Assembly: GCA_965206645.1 (NCBI GenBank)
Contig: CBDBKE010000004.1
Location: 704,001-768,000 of the forward strand
Length of the DNA: 64,000 nucleotides
Reading direction: 5' to 3'
DNA from: Terriglobia bacterium
Lineage (GTDB): Bacteria > Acidobacteriota > Terriglobia > JAJPHL01 > JAPKYU01
Shown here: positions 1 to 11,242 of the stretch, in pieces
How positions within the stretch are numbered: the stretch's first letter is position 1
Layout: each line of letters begins with the position of its first letter
Notes under the pieces: model-generated
What the model saw: the letters and a program-made list of their open reading frames with translations, nothing else
Database searches by the model: none
Told to the model about the DNA's origin: nothing
Program-made: the position numbers and the translations under genes

Positions 1-1200
1 GAAGTCAACCACACCTTCCTGCTCAACCCCGACTACCAGCTACACCGCATCGCCGAGGAAGAGACACCGCGCGCGCCTAACACGCCGGTCGGCGAGGTGA
101 CCATAAGCGACGGGTTTGCGCGGCAGATCGAGCAGGCAATCGACTTGCTACCGAAAAGCGATTGGAAAGCAGAACTCGCCCGCGCGCTTGCGGAAACATA
201 TCGTCCCGGAGAGACATTCGGAAGCGCCTTCGGCCGCCTGATGGCTCGGCTGCTGGGCCGCTTCGGGGTGTTGCTGCTGGACCCGATGCATCCACGCCTG
301 CACCGGCTAGCGACCGGTCTGTTCCGGCGCGCCCTGGAATCGGCCGACGAGTTGCGCCAGGCGTTGCTGGACCGCAACCGGGAGCTGGCCCAAGCCGGCT
401 ATCACGCCCAGGTGCACGTCACCAACCATTCCACCTTGTTATTTCAGCGCACTGGCGGACAACGTACTGCCTTGCGACGCCGCGACGGCGAATTCCTGGT
501 GGGCGACGAGCATCGGAGCGCCGCCGAATTACTGGAACATCTGGAGCGCTCTCCTGACGATTTCTCACCCAATGTTCTTCTACGTCCCGTCTTGCAGGAT
601 TATCTGTTGCCTACCGTCGCCTACGTCGGAGGGCCGGCCGAGGTGGCATACCTGGCGCAGGCCAGCGCGCTCTACCACCACCTGCTGGGTCGCATGCCGG
701 TGATTCATCCCCGGGCCAGTTTCACGCTGCTGGACAGGCACGCCGCAGAGCTGCTGGGACGCTACCAAGTGACACTGGCGGACGTGCTGGGCGACTCACA
801 AATCCTCCGCGAGAAGATGGCCGGGCAGCTGTTGCCTCCCGAGCTGGCGGCTGCCCTCACACAGGATGAGCGTCAGCTCCAGGAGATGCTGACCTCTCTG
901 CGCCAGCAGATGGAGGCTTTCGACCACACCCTGGCCGACGCCGTGGCCACGTCCGCTCGGAAAATGAACTACCAACTGGCCAACATCAAGCGCAAGGCTG
1001 CCCGCGCCGCCGGTCTTCGTTCCCAGCAGATGGAGCGTGACGCGGTTATTTTGGAAAATCTCCTCTATCCCCGGAAGAATCTTCAAGAGCGCGTCTACAG
1101 CGGAATTTCCTTCCTGGGGCGGTTTGGCCCTGACTTACTGGATCGTCTTTACCAACGGATTTCACCGCACAGCGCCGACCACCAGGTTCTGGTTCTCTGA
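1..1200 (+). CDS. bshC: Bacillithiol biosynthesis cysteine-adding enzyme BshC (5' partial)
   Basis: Frame 1 is open from base 1. Motifs FSPNVLLRPVLQDYLLPTVAYVGGPAEVAYLAQ and C-terminal LYPRKNLQER are typical of BshC. Confidence 0.9.
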   Translation, partial: EVNHTFLLNPDYQLHRIAEEETPRAPNTPVGEVTISDGFARQIEQAIDLLPKSDWKAELARALAETYRPGETFGSAFGRLMARLLGRFGVLLLDPMHPRLHRLATGLFRRALESADELRQALLDRNRELAQAGYHAQVHVTNHSTLLFQRTGGQRTALRRRDGEFLVGDEHRSAAELLEHLERSPDDFSPNVLLRPVLQDYLLPTVAYVGGPAEVAYLAQASALYHHLLGRMPVIHPRASFTLLDRHAAELLGRYQVTLADVLGDSQILREKMAGQLLPPELAAALTQDERQLQEMLTSLRQQMEAFDHTLADAVATSARKMNYQLANIKRKAARAAGLRSQQMERDAVILENLLYPRKNLQERVYSGISFLGRFGPDLLDRLYQRISPHSADHQVLVL

Positions 1201-1333
1201 CTCGAGCCTGCCACTCGCCCACTTCAACAGCCTGCGGAGGCCTCACGTCGCAACCTGAGCAACACCTTGCTGACGCGGGGGCCTCGGCAACTTGAGCAAC
1301 TACAGAGCTGCGCCCGTTGGCGCAAATCCGCCG

Positions 1334-2503
1334 CTACGAATTTTCGCCGAGCATGAGGTTGCGCAGGGCGGTCTCGGCCGTGGTGTGGGCCAGCGCCAGC
1401 ACAGTGTCGTGCGAGTGAAAGGCGGTGTCGCCGTGCGGCACCATGGCCTGACCGTCGCGCAGCACCGTGACAATGCTGGTCTCCTGAGGAAATACGATGT
1501 CCTTCAATTTCTTCCCCACCAGCGGCGAATTGGCGTCCAACGAGAACTCCAGGATTTCCAGGTCGCCGGTGTGGATGTTCAGCAAGGTGCGGATCTTGGT
1601 GGCTGGCACCACGCTTTCAATCACCTCGCTGATGATGGCCGTGGAGCTGACCGTCACGTCCACGCCCAGTTTCTGCATCACGGCTTCATTCTTCGGATTC
1701 TTGACGCGGGCGATCGTCTTGGGGATGCCAAAGTGGAACTTGGCCACCTGGCAGGCGATCAAGTTGTCGTGATCGTGGTTGGTGACGGCCACAAACACTT
1801 GGCATCGGTTGGCACCTGCCTTCTCCAAAATCTCGATAGTCGAACCGTCGCCCCGGAGCACGGGACAATCCAGCTGGTTGCAGACCCTGGCATAGACTTC
1901 CGGGGTGGATTCGATGACGGTGACTTCGTTGCCCTTGTTGAGCAGCATTCGAGCCAGGTAGTAGCCCACTCTGCCACCCCCCACCACGATCATGTAGCAG
2001 GGCTGCTGGAACTCACCGGAATGGAGCGGCGCCGGGGCAGGTGCGGGCTGACGTTCCTCCAGCACCCGGCGCACTTCTTCGAAGGCGGTTTCAGTGCGGG
2101 CCGAGACCCCCTGCAGGGTCAGGGCCAGGAATTCCGCGCCAGCCACCGTGAGAGCCATGGTCTCGATTCCGGCGGCGTGAAAGCTTTGCTCGCGGTGCGT
2201 GTCATAGACCACGGCCACGACCCGGGGCACTTTAAATAAGGCTCTGGCGATCTGGGCGGCCATGAGGTTGGTGTTCTCATCGCGGGTCAGAGCAAAGACC
2301 ACGTCGGCCTTCTCGGTGCCCGCTTCGCGCAACAGTTCCGGGTCGGTGGCATCGCCAAAGACCACCCGGGCGCGGATGTCGCGCGCCGCCGGCTCCAGCA
2401 CCCGGCGGTCTTTGTCAATGACGGTGATGTGGTGGTCTTCCAGGCTAAGCCGCCGGACCGTTTCCGCGCCCACCCTGCCGTATCCGATCACAATGATGCG
2501 CAT
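1334..2503 (-). CDS. trkA: TrkA/KtrA-family potassium uptake regulatory protein (RCK_N-RCK_N-RCK_C)
   Basis: Two Rossmann GxGxxG motifs (IIVIGYGRVG, IVVGGGRVG), GDAT/GDGS, D-x-x-N-L motifs, and a C-terminal TrkA-C domain (SPLVGKKLKDI). Confidence 0.85.
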   Translation of the reverse strand: MRIIVIGYGRVGAETVRRLSLEDHHITVIDKDRRVLEPAARDIRARVVFGDATDPELLREAGTEKADVVFALTRDENTNLMAAQIARALFKVPRVVAVVYDTHREQSFHAAGIETMALTVAGAEFLALTLQGVSARTETAFEEVRRVLEERQPAPAPAPLHSGEFQQPCYMIVVGGGRVGYYLARMLLNKGNEVTVIESTPEVYARVCNQLDCPVLRGDGSTIEILEKAGANRCQVFVAVTNHDHDNLIACQVAKFHFGIPKTIARVKNPKNEAVMQKLGVDVTVSSTAIISEVIESVVPATKIRTLLNIHTGDLEILEFSLDANSPLVGKKLKDIVFPQETSIVTVLRDGQAMVPHGDTAFHSHDTVLALAHTTAETALRNLMLGENS

Positions 2504-2623
2504 AAACTTATTGTAGCGCGCTGGCTTGGCCGCGCAAGCCAGGGTGGCACCAGGGCATGGTCCGAGCCGGGACAGCGGGACCTGAGGTAGTGAGATGGCG
2601 ACTGAGGGGTCCGAAGGGTTGCC

Positions 2624-5878
<3,255 letters not shown>

Positions 5879-5928
5879 CCTTATCGGCTGAGCCTCTTCC
5901 AGGCCATACCCGTCAGGCAGGCCATACG

Positions 5929-5992
5929 CGTCAGGGCACGGCTTCAGCCGTGCCATTAAATTGGTATCCTCTCAGGGGCTTTAGCCCCTGAG
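5929..5992. repeat. REP doublet (left of RAYT)
   Basis: CGTCAGGGCACGGC-TTCA-GCCGTGCC (5929-5954) followed by hairpin CTCAGGGGC-TTTA-GCCCCTGAG (5971-5992). Confidence 0.85.
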
Positions 5993-6446
5993 GTGGTTCG
6001 TCTAACTGGAACTGCCTTGATGCAGAAGACCACGGGTAGTCATCCGTGAGGGAAACCAACCTCTTCTTTACCGGGTTCTCCTCCACATAGCGCAGGTGCC
6101 CCTCGTAGTCGCCAGCATCGCGAATCCGGTGATCGCTGAACCTGCGTTGCCAGACAGGAAAACGAAGCTTAAGTTCCTCTCCCATTCTGCGAGCCGAACC
6201 GCCCTTGATGTATTGTACGGCACGCTCCAGAGTTGTATCCGCAGCTGGAGTGAGGAGGAGATGAAAGTGCTCTGGCATCACAACGAAGGCGTGGAGATAA
6301 TAGGCCGCATGATCACGATAATGGAGCAAGGCTTCGATGAGGATCTGGCAAGCGGTCGCCTTTGTAAACAAAGGCCGACTCTCCCAGGTACGTGAGGTTA
6401 CGAAGTACGTTCCTGGTATTTTCCCGTGCCGCTTGGGAACCGCCAT
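5931..6446 (-). mobile_element. REP-associated tyrosine (HUH/Y1) transposase, RAYT / IS200-like TnpA
   Basis: TYFVTSRT, AFVVMPEHFHLL (HUH), YVEENPVK (catalytic Tyr plus NP), YPWSS; flanked by inverted REPs. Start MAVPKR at 6446. Confidence 0.9.
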
Positions 6447-6449
6447 GCC

Positions 6450-6513
6450 CTCAGCGGCTGAAGCCGCCCTCCTTTTCCATCTTGTTCGGCACGGCTGAAG
6501 CCGTGCCCTGACG
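6450..6513. repeat. REP doublet (right of RAYT)
   Basis: GCGGC-TGAA-GCCGC hairpin, then GGCACGGCTGAAGCCGTGCCCTGACG (6488-6513), the exact reverse complement of 5929-5954. Confidence 0.85.
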
Positions 6514-6972
6514 AAACCACCTTTTGCTCCGTCGCGCCGACCTCCTATCCGAGGTCTCATTCAACAATTCAAAGCCTTCGGTCTGAAGGAGCGCACATAC
6601 AAGGTTCTCAAGAACGCCTCGAATAAAGAGGTCTGACAACCTATTCATGGAAAATTCCAATCCGTTGATCCTAAACTCTTCAAATTGCAATGTCTCGAGG
6701 TACACCTTCCCGCCATTTGACCGATGTTCGTTGAAGACCTTGCGAATGTTCTTATGTGCCGGTGTAGTGCTATTCAAGTAATCACTCACTCTTTGACGCA
6801 GGTTTCCGGTCTGTCCAACTCGAAACCGAGCCTTCCCTTCGTGTGCAGAAAAAGCCCGCCGGTAAACGGCTGGTCCCCTGGAAAGCCCAAGATGATTCAA
6901 CGGATACACATATTCCAACCTTTTGGCCGTTTTCGAGGGCAGCCATGTGAGTTCAATGACGATTGCGGGCAT
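6451..6972 (-). CDS. Hypothetical protein, GIY-YIG nuclease-like
   Basis: GPAVYR...FRVGQTGNLRQRVSDY and a later LE resemble the GIY..YIG.T.NL..R motif. Visibly AT-richer than its flanks; overlaps the carA stop. Confidence 0.5.
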   Translation of the reverse strand: MPAIVIELTWLPSKTAKRLEYVYPLNHLGLSRGPAVYRRAFSAHEGKARFRVGQTGNLRQRVSDYLNSTTPAHKNIRKVFNEHRSNGGKVYLETLQFEEFRINGLEFSMNRLSDLFIRGVLENLVCALLQTEGFELLNETSDRRSARRSKRWFRQGTASAVPNKMEKEGGFSR

Positions 6973-8083
6973 TCCATTCCTCCATCAACCTCACGAACTG
7001 CTGGAACAGGTAGAGCGAATCGTGGGGCCCGGGTGCCGCCTCCGGGTGGTACTGCACGCAGAACAGCGGCGCGGCGCGGTGGCGGAAGCCCTCCAGAGTT
7101 TGGTCGTTCAGGTTCATATGCGTTGGCTCCACTTGGTTGCAGTTCAGCGAATCCGGATCCACTGCGAAGCCGTGATTGTGCGAGGTAATTTCCACTTTCC
7201 CAGTCAGCAGGTTCTTCACCGGATGGTTGGCGCCATGGTGCCCGAATTTCAGCTTGTAGGTCTTGCCGCCCAGAGCCCGGCCAAGAATCTGGTGCCCGAG
7301 GCAGATGCCAAAGATGGGCTTACGGCCGATCAGGCGGCGAACCTGGTCGACTTGTGCTTCGAGCGGCTCCGGGTCGCCAGGGCCGTTGGAGAGAAATATG
7401 CCGTCGGGTTCCAGCGCCAGCACCTCCTCGGCGCTAGTCAGCGAAGGCACCACGGTTACTCGGCAGTCTTCCAGGGTCAGGCGGCGCAGAATGTTGCGCT
7501 TGATGCCGTAGTCATAGGCCACCACGTGGTAGCGTGGTTGGGGGACCTCGGACGAGGATCCTACCGGGCTCGCGGCCTCAGTCCACAGGTACCGCTGGTT
7601 GGTGGAGACGGCCGTAGCCAGGTCCCGGCCCGTCATGTGAGGGATCGAGCGGGCCTTGGCAACCAGCTTGTCCGGGTCCGACTGCGCCGTGGAGATCACG
7701 CCGCGCATCACTCCGGTGCTGCGCAGGTGGCGCACCAACAACCGCGTGTCCAGCTCGCCGATCACTGGGATGCGGTGCTTCGTCAGGAATTGATCAGCCT
7801 CTTCCTGGCTGCGCCAGTTGCTGGCCGCGGCGCTGAACTCGCGCACGACCAGCCCCTCGATGTAGGGGCGCGCCGATTCGCTGTCTTCCGGATTGGTCCC
7901 GTAATTACCAATTTGCGGATTGGTGAGAATGACAATCTGGCCGCTGTAGGAAGGATCGGTGAAGATTTCCTGGTAGCCGGTGATTGCGGTATTAAAAACT
8001 ACTTCGCCACAACATTCGCCTGTCGCGCCATGACTCTTACCGGGGAAGACGCGCCCGTCTTCCAGCGCCAAGAACGCCTGCAT
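6953..8083 (-). CDS. carA: Carbamoyl-phosphate synthase small subunit
   Basis: GEVVFNTAITGYQEIFTDPSY, LSNGPGDP, FGICLGHQ, QYHPEA. Confidence 0.98.
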   Translation of the reverse strand: MQAFLALEDGRVFPGKSHGATGECCGEVVFNTAITGYQEIFTDPSYSGQIVILTNPQIGNYGTNPEDSESARPYIEGLVVREFSAAASNWRSQEEADQFLTKHRIPVIGELDTRLLVRHLRSTGVMRGVISTAQSDPDKLVAKARSIPHMTGRDLATAVSTNQRYLWTEAASPVGSSSEVPQPRYHVVAYDYGIKRNILRRLTLEDCRVTVVPSLTSAEEVLALEPDGIFLSNGPGDPEPLEAQVDQVRRLIGRKPIFGICLGHQILGRALGGKTYKLKFGHHGANHPVKNLLTGKVEITSHNHGFAVDPDSLNCNQVEPTHMNLNDQTLEGFRHRAAPLFCVQYHPEAAPGPHDSLYLFQQFVRLMEEWNARNRH

Positions 8084-8107
8084 TCCCTCCCCCGGCCGCC
8101 GTGGCGG

Positions 8108-8668
8108 TCATTCTAAGACTCCGAACTTGTCCGCCGGCCAGTAGGCCAGCACTGCCTTGCCGTAGATATGTTCCCGCGCCACCGTCCCCCAGGACCGGCT
8201 GTCGTTGGAAGAGCTGCGGTGGTCGCCCAGGACGAAGTAGTAGCCGGGCCGCACCCGCACGAGCGGATAGCTCCGGTGGTCCAGGTACTCCGGAAGTATG
8301 TACGGTTCCCGCAGGGGTTCTTCGTTGATGTAGACTTGGCCGCCAGTGATCCTCACCACTTCGCCCGGCAGGCCGATGACCCGCTTGATGTACGACTTGC
8401 TGCGGTCCATCGGGTACCAGAAGACTACGACATCGCCCCGCTGGACCTGCTCGAACCTGTAGACGAACTTGTTAATAAAGATGCGCTGCTGGTCGGTCAG
8501 CCCGGGCATCATGCTTGTGCCTTCCACCTTCACGGGCTGGTAGAGAAAGACGATAATGAGGCCGGCAATGAAAACCGAGAGCCCGAGGTCACGAAGCCAC
8601 GCCCGCAGGCTCCAAAATGAGGACGGACTGGCTGGTTGGCTTTGAATTCTCTCGATCAGATGTTCCAT
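8108..8668 (-). CDS. lepB: Signal peptidase I
   Basis: TM helix, VEGTSMMPGL (catalytic Ser), YIKRVIGLPG (catalytic Lys), GDHRSSSNDSR. Confidence 0.95.
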   Translation of the reverse strand: MEHLIERIQSQPASPSSFWSLRAWLRDLGLSVFIAGLIIVFLYQPVKVEGTSMMPGLTDQQRIFINKFVYRFEQVQRGDVVVFWYPMDRSKSYIKRVIGLPGEVVRITGGQVYINEEPLREPYILPEYLDHRSYPLVRVRPGYYFVLGDHRSSSNDSRSWGTVAREHIYGKAVLAYWPADKFGVLE

Positions 8669-8828
8669 CGTGCCCGGTTAGCTTTCATTGATACCACAGA
8701 CGCAGGTCGGGCGCAATGCTTCGGTGGCCTAGCTTCGCCGAGAATTCTGGAGATGGCCGATACTGGCCTCGACATTCCCAGGAAATTACTCCCCGAAGCC
8801 TGGGAGATGCCACCGTCACGAGGTCCCT

Positions 8829-9095
8829 ATGAATGAGAGCGAATGGGAGAAGAAGCTGCACGGCGAGGGGTTTCGCAACATCTTTGTCTGGCGAGACGGT
8901 CCCAACGCCCATTACCCTGAACACACCCATGCTGGAACGACAGCCCATATCGTTTTTAACGGAGAGATCACCATGACCTCTGAGGGCACGACCCGCACGT
9001 TCCGGGCGGTCGAGCGGTTTGACGTTCCCGCAAACACCGTCCACTCGGCCAAAATCGGTCCTGCCGGATGCAGATACATGATCGGCGAAAAGTAG
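8829..9095 (+). CDS. Small cupin-domain protein
   Basis: YPEHTH...HIV...GEI...FDVPANTVHSA cupin motifs. Confidence 0.8.
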   Translation: MNESEWEKKLHGEGFRNIFVWRDGPNAHYPEHTHAGTTAHIVFNGEITMTSEGTTRTFRAVERFDVPANTVHSAKIGPAGCRYMIGEK

Positions 9096-9177
9096 CGGAC
9101 CGCTCGTTCATCAGATCGCCCCTCGTGAGGGTGGTCCGGCAGTGTGGTATAGTCCGGCACGCTAGAGAAAGCAAGCC

Positions 9178-10488
9178 ATGCGTGCTCACGCGTTGGGAGT
9201 GATTCTCGCCCTGTGGGGTTTACCCTGGGCTGCCAGCGGGCAGCCGCGGTACGACCTGCTGCTGAAGGGTGGGCACGTCCTGGACCCCAAAAACCAGAAG
9301 AACCAGGTGTTGGATGTGGCGATCGCCGGTGGCAGGATCGCGCGCGTCGCCCGCAACATTCCAGCATCAGAGGCACGGCGGGCAGTAGATGTTTCCGGGC
9401 TGTACGTGACACCCGGCCTGGTGGACATCCATGTCCACGTCTACGCGGGAACCGGGATGCGCGGCGCCTACTCCGGCGACTACAGTGTCTACCCCGATGG
9501 TCACACGTTCCGCAGCGGTGTGACCACGGTGGTGGATGTGGGCAGCTCGGGCTGGCGCGACTTCCCGGACTTCAAAGACCGGGTCATCGACCGCTCCCGC
9601 ACACGGGTGCTGGCCATGTTGAACATCGTCGGCCGGGGTATGAGGGGCGGCGCCATCGAGCAAGACACCGCAGACATGGACCCGAAGGCCACCGCCCGCC
9701 GCGCGGGCGAGTTCCCCCAGCTCATCGTCGGCATCAAGACCGCGCACTATGCCGGGCCGGAATGGATAGCGGTGGAGCGGGCGGTGGAGGCCGGAAAGCT
9801 GGCCAAGATCCCAGTGATGGTGGACTTTGGCACCTTCCGTCCGGAACGGCCTTTCCAGGAGTTGGTGCTCCAGAAGCTGCGGCCTGGCGATATGTACACG
9901 CACGCGTACGTGGGGCACGTTCCCTTGCTCGACGAGGACAACCAGGTTCGCCGCTACCTGTGGGAAGCACGCAAGCGTGGCGTTCTGTTCGATGTGGGCC
10001 ACGGTGCCGGCAGCTTCGTGTTCCGCCAGGCAGCACCGGCAGTTGCGCAAGGCTGGATCCCAAATTCGATCAGCACCGACCTGCATACCCGAAGCATGAA
10101 TGGCGGCATGAAGGGCATGCTCAACGTCATGTCCAAGTTCCTGAACATGGGCATGTCTGTGGAGGAAGTTGTGCGGCGCTCGACGCTGAACCCGGCCAGG
10201 CAAATCCAGCGCCCGGAGCTGGGCCACCTGAGCGAAGGCGCCGAGGCCGATGTGGCGGTGCTGCGGTTGGTAAAGGGGAAGTTCGGCTTCGTCGATGCCC
10301 ACGGGGCGCGGCTCAGGGGCACCCAGAAACTGGAGGCCGAACTGACCGTGCGGGGTGGCCGAGTGGTCTGGGACTTGAACGGCATCACGCGCGATGATTG
10401 GCGCCAGCTCGGTAAATACAATCGCCAGGGAGATCCCTCCTGGGATGCAACCCTGGCCCGGCCCTCGCCGAAGCCATCACCTCGCTGA
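9178..10488 (+). CDS. Secreted metal-dependent amidohydrolase (dihydroorotase-like/deacetylase family)
   Basis: Signal peptide; PGLVDIHVH, GVTTVVDVGS, GIK, THAY, DVGHG, ISTDLH. Confidence 0.85.
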   Translation: MRAHALGVILALWGLPWAASGQPRYDLLLKGGHVLDPKNQKNQVLDVAIAGGRIARVARNIPASEARRAVDVSGLYVTPGLVDIHVHVYAGTGMRGAYSGDYSVYPDGHTFRSGVTTVVDVGSSGWRDFPDFKDRVIDRSRTRVLAMLNIVGRGMRGGAIEQDTADMDPKATARRAGEFPQLIVGIKTAHYAGPEWIAVERAVEAGKLAKIPVMVDFGTFRPERPFQELVLQKLRPGDMYTHAYVGHVPLLDEDNQVRRYLWEARKRGVLFDVGHGAGSFVFRQAAPAVAQGWIPNSISTDLHTRSMNGGMKGMLNVMSKFLNMGMSVEEVVRRSTLNPARQIQRPELGHLSEGAEADVAVLRLVKGKFGFVDAHGARLRGTQKLEAELTVRGGRVVWDLNGITRDDWRQLGKYNRQGDPSWDATLARPSPKPSPR

Positions 10489-10501
10489 AACGGAGGAACC
10501 C

Positions 10502-11191
10502 ATGGGCCAGCAAGTTCTCCTGTTCACCCGGGCGCTTCCCACCCGCCTAGCAGTCGAAGACGCCTTTGCTGAGGCGCCGGTCGAGCTGGTGGAAGTCTCC
10601 AGCCCTGTCGACTTGCTGGAGAAATTACAGCAGAGTTCCTGGGATGCAGTGGTCCTGGACGGCGATTCCTCACCGGTGCCGCTGTCCAAGCTACTGGCGG
10701 GTCTGCGGGGCCGCGTGGATCCGGCCAAGACCGTCGTGCTCGCAATGACCCGGCAGGCGGAGCCGCTGCCGTCCATTGGCGAGGTGTTGCTCTACGACCG
10801 CCCGGTCCGCCGGCTGTCACTGCTGGGCGCATTGAATCGTTTGCTGCTGGCGCGCCGTAAGAAGCCTATTCTTCCCGCACGGGCGGTAGCTCCCGGAAAC
10901 AAGCGGCGCGCGCTACGCGTGCCGTTGCTGGTGCCAGTGGCGTATTCTTTTCCGGAGTTGAATCAGGCCTCCGGCCAAGGCGAAGCGCTCGACGTCAGCA
11001 TCAGTGGCGCCCGCATAGCAGCCACCGCCGCGCTTTCCAGCATCTCCCCCGGACAAACCGTGGACGTGAGGAACCTGTTGACCGGCCAGCAAGCAGTGTT
11101 CCGAGTCGTCTGGGTCGCCGAAGACCTGGATGAAATTGCCGTGGGAATAAAGGCCGATCAGGAGGACGTGCGTTTCTGGCTGGCCAGTTAG
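10502..11191 (+). CDS. Receiver-like domain plus C-terminal PilZ domain protein
   Basis: GGAGG RBS before ATG 10502; WDAVVLD receiver-like segment; PilZ motifs KRRALR and DVSISG. Confidence 0.65.
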   Translation: MGQQVLLFTRALPTRLAVEDAFAEAPVELVEVSSPVDLLEKLQQSSWDAVVLDGDSSPVPLSKLLAGLRGRVDPAKTVVLAMTRQAEPLPSIGEVLLYDRPVRRLSLLGALNRLLLARRKKPILPARAVAPGNKRRALRVPLLVPVAYSFPELNQASGQGEALDVSISGARIAATAALSSISPGQTVDVRNLLTGQQAVFRVVWVAEDLDEIAVGIKADQEDVRFWLAS

Positions 11192-11235
11192 GCCTGGCTA
11201 GTTGGCCGTGTCTAGTTAGCCCTGGCTAGTTAGCC
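11180..11235. repeat. 14-bp imperfect tandem repeat x4 (CTGGCTAGTTAGCC)
   Basis: Units at 11180, 11194, 11208 and 11222 between convergent genes. Confidence 0.75.
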
Positions 11236-11242
11236 AACGCCT

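Noticed and set aside
5879-5956. N-terminal extension of CarB given in the ORF track
   Set aside because: It translates REP and duplication DNA; the canonical start is MPKRTD at 5878.
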